The notes under the pieces are model-generated. The model was given only the letters and a program-made list of their open reading frames with translations. It did no database searches and was not told the DNA's origin. Shown here piece after piece: positions 31,373 through 41,356 of a stretch of DNA of 64,000 nt. Source of the stretch: an uncultured bacterium (GTDB taxonomy: Bacteria > Krumholzibacteriota > Krumholzibacteriia > LZORAL124-64-63). Where the stretch lies: contig CAVSZB010000007.1 in assembly GCA_963732385.1 (NCBI GenBank), forward strand, positions 800,001 to 864,000, written 5' to 3'. The translations under genes were made by a program, and so were the position numbers. Position 1 is the first letter of the stretch; each line of letters opens with the position of its first letter.

Positions 31373-32568
31373 CCAGGGCGGGTCGGCGACCGGGGAGAGT
31401 GAAGCAACGCCCGTGCCAGAATCTCTTCAAGACTGTCGAGGCGCAAAAAGCCGCGCGGCGTCAATTGCAGGCGCCCCCCGGCGACGCGCCAGAGCCCCTG
31501 AGCCTCCCCCTCCGCCAGCGGCAGCAGACCGGGTGGCACGCGATCGAGCGGCAGGCCCTCGACAGTGCGCAGCGGCAGGATAACACGCTCCAGGCGCCTC
31601 TGCGCCCGGTCGAGCGGATCGACCGTCTCCTCCGGCAGTTGTCCCGCCTCGACCGCGTCGGCGTACCGCAGCGCATCCCCCAGGTTCGCGTAGCGGCGCC
31701 GGCCCCAGAAACCGTGCGCGCCGGGGCCGAGCCCAAGGAAGGGGACGTCGTTCCAGTAGGCGCGATTGTGCCGCGATTCCCCCCCCGGGCGGGCGAAGTT
31801 CGCCACCTCGTACTGCCGCAGGCCAGCCGCCTCCAGCGCCGCCACTCCGGCCAGCCAGGTGTTGGCCGTCGGTCCCTCGGCCGGCGCCCGCCGCCGGCCC
31901 GCCGCAACCGCCTCGGCCAGCGCCGTGCCGTCGTGCAACTCCAGAATGTATAGCGAGACGTGCTCCACTCCGAGTTCGACCGCCTCGCGCAGTTCGTCGG
32001 CGAGCCGGGCCGGACGCACCCCCGGCGCGACGATCCAGTCGGCCGACACGCGGGGGAACCGGTCGACCGCCAGCGCCAGCGCCTTCCGCGCCGCCACCGC
32101 GTCGGCCCGCCGTCCCAGCCAGCGCAGCACACGGTCGTCAAGGCTCTGCACGCCGAGGCTGACCCGATTCAGTCCGGTCTCCCGCCAGGCGGCCGCGATC
32201 GCCGGCGTAAAGCTCTCGGGGTTCGCCTCCACCGTCGCTTCGAGGTCGGGCGCGGCCGGCAGACGGCCGGCGGTCGCGGCGAGCAGCTCCGCCAGCAACT
32301 CCGGCTCGAGCAACGACGGCGTGCCGCCACCGACGTAGAGCGTGCGCAGCACGGCCCGTCCCTCCCGCAGCGTGGCGCAACGGTCGCGCCGCAGCGCGAA
32401 CTCGCCCGCGATCGCCGCGGCCACGCGTCGGCGCAACGCCGCATCGTGCGTCGCCGTCCGGGCGAAGTGGCAGTAGGGACAGATCGTCCCGCAGAACGGA
32501 ATGTGCAGATAGAGCCCCCCCCCGCGGCGGGCGGGGACGATGCCGGAGACAGGCGGCGGAACGGGCAT
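31369..32568 (-). CDS. hemW: Radical SAM heme chaperone HemW (HemN-like)
   Basis: LYLHIPFCGTICPYC, GGGTPS, EANP, SLGVQS, YEVANF, HNRAYW. Confidence 0.92.
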   Translation of the reverse strand: MPVPPPVSGIVPARRGGGLYLHIPFCGTICPYCHFARTATHDAALRRRVAAAIAGEFALRRDRCATLREGRAVLRTLYVGGGTPSLLEPELLAELLAATAGRLPAAPDLEATVEANPESFTPAIAAAWRETGLNRVSLGVQSLDDRVLRWLGRRADAVAARKALALAVDRFPRVSADWIVAPGVRPARLADELREAVELGVEHVSLYILELHDGTALAEAVAAGRRRAPAEGPTANTWLAGVAALEAAGLRQYEVANFARPGGESRHNRAYWNDVPFLGLGPGAHGFWGRRRYANLGDALRYADAVEAGQLPEETVDPLDRAQRRLERVILPLRTVEGLPLDRVPPGLLPLAEGEAQGLWRVAGGRLQLTPRGFLRLDSLEEILARALLHSPRSPTRPG

Positions 32569-32576
32569 GCAAGCCC

Positions 32577-33275
32577 TCAGCGGATGATGTCCCCGAGGCG
32601 CGACAGGCGCGGCCGCATCCGATCCTTGTCCCAGGACCAGTAGATGAACAGCGCGCGTCCCTTCACCAGCTTGACGTCGAGCGGGCCCCAGAAGCGGCTG
32701 TCGGCGCTGTTGTAGCGGTTGTCACCCATCATGAACAGATGGCCCGGCGGCACGACATAGGGACCGAAGGCGCGGTTGAGTTCACTCCCGCGGAGCAGTT
32801 TGTCCTGATCGTGCCAACTGTGCGGTTCATACAGCCGGCTGTCCACGTACAGCAGCCCGTCGCGCACCTGCACCGTGTCGCCCGCCACGGCGACGCAGCG
32901 TTTGATGTAGTCCTGGTTCAGGTCCCGCGGGTACTGGAAGACGATGATGTCGCCCTGACGGGGCTGCCGCAACGCCGGCAGTTTCAGGACCGGCAGATCC
33001 TCGGCGAGCGTGCGGCCGAGAATCCGGATCCGGTCGGGAGTGCGGGCGCCGTAGACGAATTTATCCACGAACAGGAAGTCGCCCACGAGCAGCGTCTTCT
33101 CCATCGAGCCGGTCGGGATGCGAAAGGCCTGGAACAGGAACTGCCTGATGCAGAGAGCGAAGAGGACGGCCACGCCGATCGCCCGCACATACTCCAGGAA
33201 CACCCGGCGCACGGACGAGGGGGCGGTGACGCGGGGAACGGATCGGCCCTTGGGAGCGGCGGCGACGTCGGACAT
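32577..33275 (-). CDS. lepB: Signal peptidase I
   Basis: IPTGSME, YIKRC, MGDNRYNSADSRFWG. Confidence 0.96.
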   Translation of the reverse strand: MSDVAAAPKGRSVPRVTAPSSVRRVFLEYVRAIGVAVLFALCIRQFLFQAFRIPTGSMEKTLLVGDFLFVDKFVYGARTPDRIRILGRTLAEDLPVLKLPALRQPRQGDIIVFQYPRDLNQDYIKRCVAVAGDTVQVRDGLLYVDSRLYEPHSWHDQDKLLRGSELNRAFGPYVVPPGHLFMMGDNRYNSADSRFWGPLDVKLVKGRALFIYWSWDKDRMRPRLSRLGDIIR

Positions 33276-33364
33276 GAACAGGCGACCTCTCTGTCACGCC
33301 GCGCGGCGCAACGACCGGCTGATACGTGGAAAGCGTCCGGGTGGTTCCCCCATCCCGTGAAAAA

Positions 33365-35158
33365 CTAGCGCTCGATTTTCAGGACCGCCAGGAAAGCCTC
33401 CTGGGGAATCTCCACGGCGCCGATCTGCTTCATGCGCCGCTTGCCCTCCTTCTGCTTCTCAAGCAGCTTCCGCTTGCGCGAGATATCGCCGCCGTAGCAC
33501 TTGGCCGTGACGTTCTTGCGGAACGCCTTGACTGTGGTCCGGGCGATCACGCGCGTGCCGATTGCGGCCTGGATCGCGACTTCGAACATCTGCCGGGGGA
33601 TCAGTTCCTTGAGCTTGCGGCAGAGGCTGACGCCCCAATTGTAGGCCCCCTCGCGGTGCACGATGCAGGCGAGCGCATCCACGGGATCGCCATTGATCAG
33701 GATGTCGAGCCGGATCAGGTCGCCCTTTTCGTGCGCCTTGTACTCGTAGTCGAGCGAGGCGTAGCCCTTGGACACCGACTTGAGCTTGTCGTAATAGTCC
33801 ACGACCAGTTCGGCGAGCGGGATGTCGAACACGAGATTCACCCGCTCGGTGTCGAGGTACTCCAGCTTGCGCTGGATGCCGCGCCGCTCGAGCGAGATCT
33901 GCAGGACATTGCCGACATACTCCTTCGGCGTGATGATCGACGCCCGCACGATCGGTTCGCGGACCTCGGCCAGTTCGTGAGGCGGCGGCATCAGGGCCGG
34001 ATTCTCGCAGCGCATCGTCACGCCATCCTCGCGCGTGACCTCGTACTCCACGTTGGGCAGGGTGGCGATCAGATTCAGATCGTACTCGCGCTCCAGCCTG
34101 GCCTGCACGATCTCCATGTGCAACAGGCCGAGGAACCCGCAGCGGAACCCGAAACCGAGGGCGGCGCTCGTTTCCGGCTCGAAGGTGAGGGAGGCGTCGT
34201 TGAGCTGCAGCTTCTGCAGGGCATCCCTGAGATCGCTGTAGCCGTCGGTGTCAGTCGGGTAGAATCCGCTGAAGACCATCGGCTTCGCCTCGCGGTAGCC
34301 GGGCAGCGCAGTGGCGCCGGTCTGCGACACGAGGGTGACCGTATCGCCCACCCGCACCTCGCGCACGTCCTTGGCGCCGGTTGCGAGATAGCCGACCTCT
34401 CCGGCCGTCAGCCCCGGCTGCGCCAGACGCTGGAGACGGAACCAGCCCGCCTCCTGCACGTCGAAATCGCGCGAGCTGCGGAACAGCCGGATCTGCTGCC
34501 CCTTGCGCACCGCGCCATCGACCACGCGGACGTAGGCGATGGCGCCGAGGTAGCTGTCGAAAACCGAATCGAAAATGAGCGCCTGCAGCGGGGCGGCAGG
34601 ATCCCCGCGCGGCGGCGGCACGCGATGGAGGATCGCCTCCAGCAGCTCCGGCACGCCCTCGCCGGTCTTCGCGCTGACCCGCAGCACCTCGGCCGGATCG
34701 CAGCCGATCAGATCGACGAACTGGCCGGTCACATAGTCGGGCCGGGCCGCCTGCAGATCGATCTTGTTGATGACCGGGATGATCGCGAGATCGTGCTCGA
34801 CGGCAAGATAGAGATTGTTGATGGTCTGCGCCTGCACCCCCTGCACGGCGTCGACGACCAGAATCGCCCCCTCGCACGCCGCAAGACTACGACTGACCTC
34901 GTAGTGGAAATCAACATGGCCCGGGGTATCGATGAGGTTCAGGACGTAGGTGACACCGTCGCTCGCCCGCCAGTCCATCCGGATCGGGTGGCTCTTGATC
35001 GTGATGCCGCGCTCACGTTCCAGATCCATCGAATCGAGAACCTGGGCGGCCATATCCTTGCCGATGACCGTGCCCGTCTGTTCGAGCAGGCGATCCGCGA
35101 GCGTGGACTTCCCATGATCGATGTGTGCAATGATGCAAAAATTCCGGATGTTCTGCAT
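33365..35158 (-). CDS. lepA: Elongation factor 4
   Basis: [52 protein letters not shown]. Confidence 0.98.
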   Translation of the reverse strand: MQNIRNFCIIAHIDHGKSTLADRLLEQTGTVIGKDMAAQVLDSMDLERERGITIKSHPIRMDWRASDGVTYVLNLIDTPGHVDFHYEVSRSLAACEGAILVVDAVQGVQAQTINNLYLAVEHDLAIIPVINKIDLQAARPDYVTGQFVDLIGCDPAEVLRVSAKTGEGVPELLEAILHRVPPPRGDPAAPLQALIFDSVFDSYLGAIAYVRVVDGAVRKGQQIRLFRSSRDFDVQEAGWFRLQRLAQPGLTAGEVGYLATGAKDVREVRVGDTVTLVSQTGATALPGYREAKPMVFSGFYPTDTDGYSDLRDALQKLQLNDASLTFEPETSAALGFGFRCGFLGLLHMEIVQARLEREYDLNLIATLPNVEYEVTREDGVTMRCENPALMPPPHELAEVREPIVRASIITPKEYVGNVLQISLERRGIQRKLEYLDTERVNLVFDIPLAELVVDYYDKLKSVSKGYASLDYEYKAHEKGDLIRLDILINGDPVDALACIVHREGAYNWGVSLCRKLKELIPRQMFEVAIQAAIGTRVIARTTVKAFRKNVTAKCYGGDISRKRKLLEKQKEGKRRMKQIGAVEIPQEAFLAVLKIER

Positions 35159-35178
35159 AAGCCCGTCGGTCGTGCGGT

Positions 35179-35817
35179 TCAAAAGCCGGCCCGGAACAGG
35201 ACGACCGCGAAGTCGGCGTCCGGCGTCGAGGTGACTGCCGCGCCCCCGGACACCGCGTCCCAGCGATCGGGCACCGGGACAGGATCCTGGTCGAAGCCGT
35301 ACAGGTTGGCATCGACGTACGCGTCGAGAGTGATGATAAGCAGTGCACCGAGGGACCACCAGGCAAAATCGCGCACCCTCTCGCGGTACTCGGTCACCCG
35401 CAGCGTGTAGAAATCGCGAATGCGCGGGGCGTCCAGGGGGTCGACGAGCTGTTCCATCGTGCGCCAGCGCTCCGCTTTGCGATCATTCTTGATCAGCTGT
35501 GTCCAGTACATGGTTTCGGCGCCGAACGCCAGCGCCGCCCGCCAGCCGCTGCGGGCGTAGAGCTGGCCCCAACCGGGAAAGAGCGGGGTGACGAGCATCG
35601 CCCGTGTCGGACTGATCCCGAGTCCGACCGCCGGCAGTGCCGCGGAGGGCCCTGCGGCGGCCCGGTCCGGAGACGCCGCCACGTCCGGCAACTGAGCAGG
35701 TGTCGGGATCTCGGACGGGTCGCCGCAGACGGCCGGCGCAGCGACCGCCACGCATCCCAGCGTCAAGAGGAGGGCCGTCAGGCGCCGCATCCGCGCCGCT
35801 GGGGAACTCTTCGTCAC
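35179..35817 (-). CDS. Exported/membrane protein, DUF5683-like
   Basis: Signal peptide; SPTRAML...PGWGQLY and LDAYVDANL motifs; GTG overlaps upstream stop. Confidence 0.65.
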   Translation of the reverse strand: MTKSSPAARMRRLTALLLTLGCVAVAAPAVCGDPSEIPTPAQLPDVAASPDRAAAGPSAALPAVGLGISPTRAMLVTPLFPGWGQLYARSGWRAALAFGAETMYWTQLIKNDRKAERWRTMEQLVDPLDAPRIRDFYTLRVTEYRERVRDFAWWSLGALLIITLDAYVDANLYGFDQDPVPVPDRWDAVSGGAAVTSTPDADFAVVLFRAGF

Positions 35818-36740
35818 GCCGCGCCTCCCCGCGCCTGGGCCGCGGAGAGAACGGCGGAGGTCTCGCCGGCCAGCACACGCAACCGTCCCGCCAGCAGCCG
35901 CACCGCATGGTCGCCTGCCGCCAGAAGTTCCGGTTCGCCGTCGAGGTGGATCCACGCCGGTTCCTCCAGACGCAGCCTGGCGCCCGCGGCGCGCGGGCAG
36001 TTCACCTGGCGATGGCGCAGGTGAGTGCCGTGGCGGGCGGCCCGGAACAGGCCGAACATCTCGCCGGGCGACAACGGCCCCACCAGGCAGAAATCGAGCA
36101 GGCCATCGGTCGGGTCGGCGCCCGGCGTGAGGCGGAAGCCGCCCCCGCAGAGGGGGCCATTGCCCAGTTCCGCCAGAGTCCAGGCGCCGGACCTTCCTTC
36201 CGCCTCTCCGTCCAGCTCCCAGCACGCGCGCACCGGCCGCTGCGCCAGCATGGCGGCAAGGGCGCCCAGAGCGTACCGCAACGGGCCGGCCTGGCGGGGA
36301 ATTCGCCCCGCGCGCCGCGAAACGTCACCGCTGAGGAACAGCCCGGCCGAGTTCACGAACGGCCGCCCCGCGAGGTAGCCGACATCGAGTTGACGCGTCG
36401 CGCGGCGACCGGCCGCCGCGGCGCCGGCCGGCGCATCCCGGATGCCGAGTCCGCGGGCGAAATCGTTGCCGCTGCCGGTCGGCAGGACCGCCAGGGCCGC
36501 ACCGGTCTGCAGCAGGCCGATCGCCACTTCGCGGCAGGTGCCATCCCCCCCCGCGGCCGCCACGACCGGATGGCGCTCGGCCGCCCGCGCGGCAAGTTCG
36601 ATCGCTTCACCCCGGCGCGAGGTGAGACACACCTCGACGGCGAACCCCTCCCGACGCAGCAGCGCCCCGGCGCTGGACGCGTCGAGACGCCGCCGAGGCG
36701 GCCCGGCTGTCGGATTGAGAATCACCGCCGCAGAATCCAT
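35814..36740 (-). CDS. Diacylglycerol/lipid kinase family protein (YegS/BmrU-like)
   Basis: ILNPTAG, GGDGT, PTGSGNDFAR, DGLLD, LDGE. Confidence 0.9.
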   Translation of the reverse strand: MDSAAVILNPTAGPPRRRLDASSAGALLRREGFAVEVCLTSRRGEAIELAARAAERHPVVAAAGGDGTCREVAIGLLQTGAALAVLPTGSGNDFARGLGIRDAPAGAAAAGRRATRQLDVGYLAGRPFVNSAGLFLSGDVSRRAGRIPRQAGPLRYALGALAAMLAQRPVRACWELDGEAEGRSGAWTLAELGNGPLCGGGFRLTPGADPTDGLLDFCLVGPLSPGEMFGLFRAARHGTHLRHRQVNCPRAAGARLRLEEPAWIHLDGEPELLAAGDHAVRLLAGRLRVLAGETSAVLSAAQARGGAA

Positions 36741-36761
36741 GGGCGGGCCTTCCGGGAAGGG

Positions 36762-36859
36762 TGGCGGGAATGTGTGGGAATCGAACCCACCCCGGACACG
36801 AAACGTGCCCGACACAGGGATTTGAAGTCCCGGGAGCCCACCAGGACCCAGCCATTCCC
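36762..36859 (-). tRNA. selC: tRNA-Sec (TCA)
   Basis: 98 nt; 6-bp D stem with TGGT loop, CTTCAAA anticodon loop, long variable arm, GGTTCGATTCC, GCCA end. Confidence 0.93.
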
Positions 36860-36869
36860 ATCCCGGCGA

Positions 36870-37262
36870 TCAGCGCGCGGTCGGTGCCCGCGCGATCATT
36901 TCCACGGCGACTAGCGCCTCCTTGGGCAGCCGCGACACCTCGACGAGCGAACGGGCCGGCGGCGCCTCGGCGAAGAAACCGCGGTACACCTCGTTGACCG
37001 CCCCGAACTCCCCGAGATCGCGCAGGAACACCGTAACCTTCACCACGTCCGCCAGGGTCAGGCCGGCCGCGGCCACAATCGCGCGCGCGTTCTCGAGGGC
37101 GCGGCGCGCCTGCTCGGCAGCGGACTGTCCGACCATTTCGCCGGAGCGTGGGTCGAGCGCGATCTGGCCCGCGGTAAAGAGCCAGCCGTCCGCGAGAACG
37201 CCCTGGCTGTAGGGGCCGATGGCGGCCGGCGCCTCGCCGGTCGCGACGATGGAGCGGGGCAT
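36870..37262 (-). CDS. ridA: RidA family enamine/imine deaminase
   Basis: APAAIGPYSQ, AGQI, VVKVTVFL, PARS, LPK. Confidence 0.93.
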   Translation of the reverse strand: MPRSIVATGEAPAAIGPYSQGVLADGWLFTAGQIALDPRSGEMVGQSAAEQARRALENARAIVAAAGLTLADVVKVTVFLRDLGEFGAVNEVYRGFFAEAPPARSLVEVSRLPKEALVAVEMIARAPTAR

Positions 37263-37308
37263 CGGAATTCCTCTCCGCGCGCCGGTCGGCGCGCTGACGC
37301 CTCTCTTC

Positions 37309-39135
37309 TTACTCCACGGTCACCGCTTTGGCAAGATTTCGCGGCTGGTCCACATCCTCGCCACGGAGCACGGCGATGTGGTAGGCGAGCAGCTGGAGCG
37401 GCACCACCGAGAGCAGCGGCGTCAGCATGTCGAGGCTCTCAGGGATCGTGATGACATGATCGCTCAGGCGGCAGATCTCCTCCTCCCCCTCGGTCACGAC
37501 GGAGATGATCTTGCCCTTGCGAGCCCGCACCTCCTGCACGTTCCCCTTGATCTTCTCGTAGCTGCCGTCACGCGCGCAGATCACGACGACCGGCATCTGG
37601 GGATCGATCAGGGCAATGGGGCCGTGCTTCATCTCGGCGGCCGGGTACCCCTCGGCGTGGATGTAGCTGATCTCCTTCAGCTTGAGCGCCCCCTCGAGCG
37701 CGATCGGGAAATTGTAGCCGCGCCCGAGGTACAGGAAGTTGGTGTGGTCCTTGTAGGCCAGCGCGATCTCCCGGATGCTGTCCGAGGTCTCGAGGATGCG
37801 ACGCACCTTGCCGGGGATCGCCTGCAGTTCGCGGATGACGCGCATGCCGAAGTCGGAGCTGATGTTCGAGCGCCGGCCGAGCAGGATCGTCAGCAGCGTC
37901 AGGATCGTGACCTGGCTCGTGAACGCCTTCGTCGAGGCTACCCCGATCTCCGGGCCAGCGTGCGTATAGACGCCCCCGTCCGATTCGCGGGCGATCGTCG
38001 AACCGACCACGTTCGTGATGCCGAGCACCTTGGCGCCCTTGCGCTTCGCTTCGCGCATCGCCTCGAGCGTGTCGATCGTCTCGCCGCTCTGGCTGATGGT
38101 CAGGCAGAGCGTGCCCGGCTCGATGATCGGCGAGCGGTACCGGAACTCCGACGCATACTCCACCTCCACCGGGATGCGCGCGTACTCCTCGATGAGATAC
38201 TCGCCGATCAGCCCGGCATGATAGGACGTGCCGCAGGCCAGGATGATGATGCGGCGGATGTTGCGCACTTCCCAGTCGGTAAGGCTCAGGCCGCCCAGCT
38301 TCACGTCGCCCGACTCCGGCAGGATGCGGCCGCGGAACGCATTCTCGATCGTCTCGGGCTGCTCCAGGATCTCCTTGAGCATGTAGTGCGGGTGGCCGCC
38401 CTTCTGGATCTGATCCAGATCCCAGGTGATCTCCTCGATCTCCTTGGTGATCTCGCGATTGTCGATCGTGGTGGTGACCACGTTGTCGGGCGTGAGGACG
38501 ACCATTTCGCCGTCATCCAGGTAGATCACCTGCCGGGTCTGGCCCAGGATCGCCGCCACATCGCTCGCCAGGAAATTCGTCCCCTGTCCCACGCCCACGA
38601 CCAGCGGCGATCCGCGCCGCGCGCCGACGATCTTGCCCGGCTCGTCGGCGTGCACCACCGCGATGCCGTAGGTGCCCACGCACAGCTTCAGGGCGCTCTG
38701 CACCGCCTGCTCGAGATTGCCGCGGTAGAAGTCGCTGATCAGGTGCGCCAGCACTTCGGTATCGGTATCCGAAAGAAAGACGCGGCCCCGCTTCTGCAGC
38801 TGGGTGCGCAGGGCGGAGAAGTTTTCGATGATGCCGTTGTGCACGACCGCCACCCGGCCGGCCGTGTCGAGGTGGGGATGCGCGTTGACGCGGTTCGGCT
38901 CGCCGTGCGTGGCCCAGCGGGTGTGGGCGATGCCGCACTTGCCCCGCAGGCTGTCCCACGGGAGGTCCGCCTCCAGATTGCGGATCTTGCCCTCCCGCTT
39001 GTGGACCACCAGGCGGCCCCCGTCGACCACGGCGATGCCCGCGCTGTCGTAGCCGCGGTATTCCAGCCGGCGCAGCCCCTCGAGCAGGGTGCCCACGACC
39101 TCATGCTGCCCGGTGATCCCCACGATCCCGCACAT
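37309..39135 (-). CDS. glmS: Glutamine-fructose-6-phosphate transaminase
   Basis: MCGIVG, LEYRGYDSAG, HTRWATHG, SQSGET, PRNLAKAVTVE. Confidence 0.98.
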   Translation of the reverse strand: MCGIVGITGQHEVVGTLLEGLRRLEYRGYDSAGIAVVDGGRLVVHKREGKIRNLEADLPWDSLRGKCGIAHTRWATHGEPNRVNAHPHLDTAGRVAVVHNGIIENFSALRTQLQKRGRVFLSDTDTEVLAHLISDFYRGNLEQAVQSALKLCVGTYGIAVVHADEPGKIVGARRGSPLVVGVGQGTNFLASDVAAILGQTRQVIYLDDGEMVVLTPDNVVTTTIDNREITKEIEEITWDLDQIQKGGHPHYMLKEILEQPETIENAFRGRILPESGDVKLGGLSLTDWEVRNIRRIIILACGTSYHAGLIGEYLIEEYARIPVEVEYASEFRYRSPIIEPGTLCLTISQSGETIDTLEAMREAKRKGAKVLGITNVVGSTIARESDGGVYTHAGPEIGVASTKAFTSQVTILTLLTILLGRRSNISSDFGMRVIRELQAIPGKVRRILETSDSIREIALAYKDHTNFLYLGRGYNFPIALEGALKLKEISYIHAEGYPAAEMKHGPIALIDPQMPVVVICARDGSYEKIKGNVQEVRARKGKIISVVTEGEEEICRLSDHVITIPESLDMLTPLLSVVPLQLLAYHIAVLRGEDVDQPRNLAKAVTVE

Positions 39136-39150
39136 GTCTGCCTCCCTGGT

Positions 39151-40503
39151 TCAGACCCCGGCCCGGCGGCCGTGGTGCCCGCGGAGCTCGTCCACGAGCG
39201 CGCGTGCGGCGCGCGCATCGCGGGCCTCGGCGATCACCCGCACGATCGGTTCGGTGTTGGATGGGCGCACGTGGACCCACGCTTCGGCCCCGGTCCACTT
39301 CAGGCCGTCGCGCTTGTCGATCACGCCCGGCCCCAGCGCCTCCAGCGCCGCCTCCCAGTGCACGCGATCGAAGGCGCCGGTCAGCGCCAGCTTCTCCTTG
39401 AGCATGACCACCGGCGGAAAGGCCGCCGTCAGGTCGCGCAGCGAGCCGCCCCCCTGCGCCAGCGCCTGCAGGATCATGGCGATGCCGACCAGGGCGTCCC
39501 GCCCCGGATGCAGGGCCGGATAGATGACCCCGCCGTTCCCTTCGCCGCCGATCACGGCCCCGCCCGACAGCATCGCCTCCACCACGTTGGCCTCGCCGAC
39601 CGGCGCCCGCGTCACCGACGCCCCGTGGCGCGCGGCCGCCACCTCGATCAGGCGGGTCGTGGAGAGGTTGACCACGACCGGGCCCGTCTCCCGGGCGAGC
39701 AGGAAGTCCAGCGCCAGCACGAGCGTCAGTTCCTCGCTGAGCGGTTCGCCGTCGGCCGCCACGAGCGCCAGGCGATCGCCGTCGGGGTCGACCGCGAAGC
39801 CGAGGTCCGCGCCGGCCTCACCGACCGCCGCCCCCAACTCCGCCAGGTGCGCGGGTGTCGGCTCGGGATCGTGCGGGAACCGCCCGCTCAGGCCGCAGTG
39901 CAGCGGCACGCACTCGACGCCGAGGGCTGCCAAAAGCTCCGGTACGATGGCGCCGCCAGCCCCTTCGACCGCATCCACGACCGCCCGCAGCCGGCGCGCC
40001 GCCACCGCCTGCCGGTCCAGCCACGGCAGGGCGAGGATCGCCGCCACGTGCCGCGTGCCCCAGCCTGGCGCCGGTGCCACCGCACCCAGCCGGTCGGAGG
40101 CCACATGCCCGCCACCCGCGTCGAGACGCGCCTGCAGTTCCCGGTTCTGCGCGGCCGTCAGGAACAGCCCGCGACCCTCGAGGAATTTGAGCGCATTCCA
40201 GGGCTGGGGATTGTGGCTCGCGGTGATAATGATGCCGCCCACGGCATCCGTCTCCTGCACCGCCAACTCCGTGGTCGGAGTGGTGGCGATACCGAGATCG
40301 CGCACATCATGGCCGGTCGAAGTGAGGGCGGCCGCCACGGCGTGGAAGACCATGGCTCCGGAAGGGCGCGTGTCCCGGCCGACCACCACCGGCCCGGGCG
40401 GCAGCCACGCGCCGAACGCCGAAGCCCAGCGGGTGACCACCAGCGCGTCGAGGTCGTCCCCCACGACGCCGCGCACACCCGAGACACTCACCTGGAGCGG
40501 CAA
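39151..40503 (-). CDS. glmM: Phosphohexomutase, probable phosphoglucosamine mutase
   Basis: SGVRG, TASHNP, DPDGDR, GGEGNGG, RPSNTEP; adjacent to glmS. Confidence 0.85.
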   Translation of the reverse strand: MPLQVSVSGVRGVVGDDLDALVVTRWASAFGAWLPPGPVVVGRDTRPSGAMVFHAVAAALTSTGHDVRDLGIATTPTTELAVQETDAVGGIIITASHNPQPWNALKFLEGRGLFLTAAQNRELQARLDAGGGHVASDRLGAVAPAPGWGTRHVAAILALPWLDRQAVAARRLRAVVDAVEGAGGAIVPELLAALGVECVPLHCGLSGRFPHDPEPTPAHLAELGAAVGEAGADLGFAVDPDGDRLALVAADGEPLSEELTLVLALDFLLARETGPVVVNLSTTRLIEVAAARHGASVTRAPVGEANVVEAMLSGGAVIGGEGNGGVIYPALHPGRDALVGIAMILQALAQGGGSLRDLTAAFPPVVMLKEKLALTGAFDRVHWEAALEALGPGVIDKRDGLKWTGAEAWVHVRPSNTEPIVRVIAEARDARAARALVDELRGHHGRRAGV

Positions 40504-40635
40504 TGTGCAGGCTCCCCTCTACCGCGCCCGACGGCGGGCGCCGGATCGGGTCGACGCGCGCGGCCAGGGCCGGCCAACGGCCCCGACGCGGGGCCACGTG
40601 ATGCCAACCGGGCACGGGGGACGAGTGAGGCGGGA

Positions 40636-40711
40636 TGGAGCTGGTGTGCGGGATCGAACCGCAGACCTGCGCATTACGAGTGCGCTGCTCTACCAGCTGA
40701 GCTACACCAGC
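40636..40711 (-). tRNA. tRNA-Thr (CGT)
   Basis: GCTGGTGTAGCTCAG...GCGCA-CTCGTAA-TGCGC...CACCAGCTCCA. Confidence 0.96.
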
Positions 40712-40766
40712 TCCGGAATCCCCAGCCTCGGCCGCGGGGCAGCCGGCTCGTGGCCTTGTGGAAGGG

Positions 40767-40842
40767 TGGTGCCTGGGGGCGGAGTTGAACCACCGACACC
40801 GTGATTTTCAGTCACGTGCTCTACCAGCTGAGCTACCCAGGC
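40767..40842 (-). tRNA. tRNA-Phe (GAA)
   Basis: GCCTGGGTAGCTCAG...CGTGA-CTGAAAA-TCACG...CCCAGGCACCA. Confidence 0.96.
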
Positions 40843-40945
40843 ACCCGTCGCCGCCCCCCACACAGGAGGCGGTGAAGGGCGCAAAGAAGCACCCGCCGCG
40901 CCCTCCTGTCAAGGCCCCCGCCCATGGGACGGATCAGCCCGCACA

Positions 40946-41356
40946 CTATACAGCAACGGCACCCTGGGCGGCCAGCTCCTCGATTCTGGCCAGCACGGTG
41001 TCCAATTCGAACGGTTTGTAGATGCAGGCGTCCGCACGCGACCAGGTCGCGATGAACTTCTCCCGTTCGGGGCTGTTCACGCGCCGAGCCGTCAGGAGGA
41101 GTATCGGAAACCTCGCGCCGCCCGGCGTCGATTCCATCCACTCCTTCAGGAGTCGGCTCACCTCGTAACCGTTGCAGCCCGGCAACATCACGTCAAGCAG
41201 CAGGACATCGGGAGGGGTCTGTTTGGCCCGTTCCAGCGCGTCCAACCCGTCGAAAGCGGTGGCCACCTGGTAGCCCCTCATCTCCAGGCTGTACTCCAGC
41301 GTCTCGACGATGTCGGGCTCGTCGTCCACCACCATGACCTTGATCGGATCGGCCAT
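40946..41356 (-). CDS. Single-domain response regulator (receiver only)
   Basis: VVDDE, LLDVMLP, LLTAR, KPF; TGATG overlap with the kinase gene. Confidence 0.92.
   Translation of the reverse strand: MADPIKVMVVDDEPDIVETLEYSLEMRGYQVATAFDGLDALERAKQTPPDVLLLDVMLPGCNGYEVSRLLKEWMESTPGGARFPILLLTARRVNSPEREKFIATWSRADACIYKPFELDTVLARIEELAAQGAVAV

Noticed and set aside
39136..39150. Possible glmS ribozyme
   Set aside because: Only 15 nt separate glmM and glmS, and no ribozyme motifs were seen upstream of glmM
37219..40788. 1189-aa plus-strand ORF
   Set aside because: Antisense shadow of glmS/glmM that also crosses tRNA genes; no recognisable motifs; expected in high-GC coding DNA
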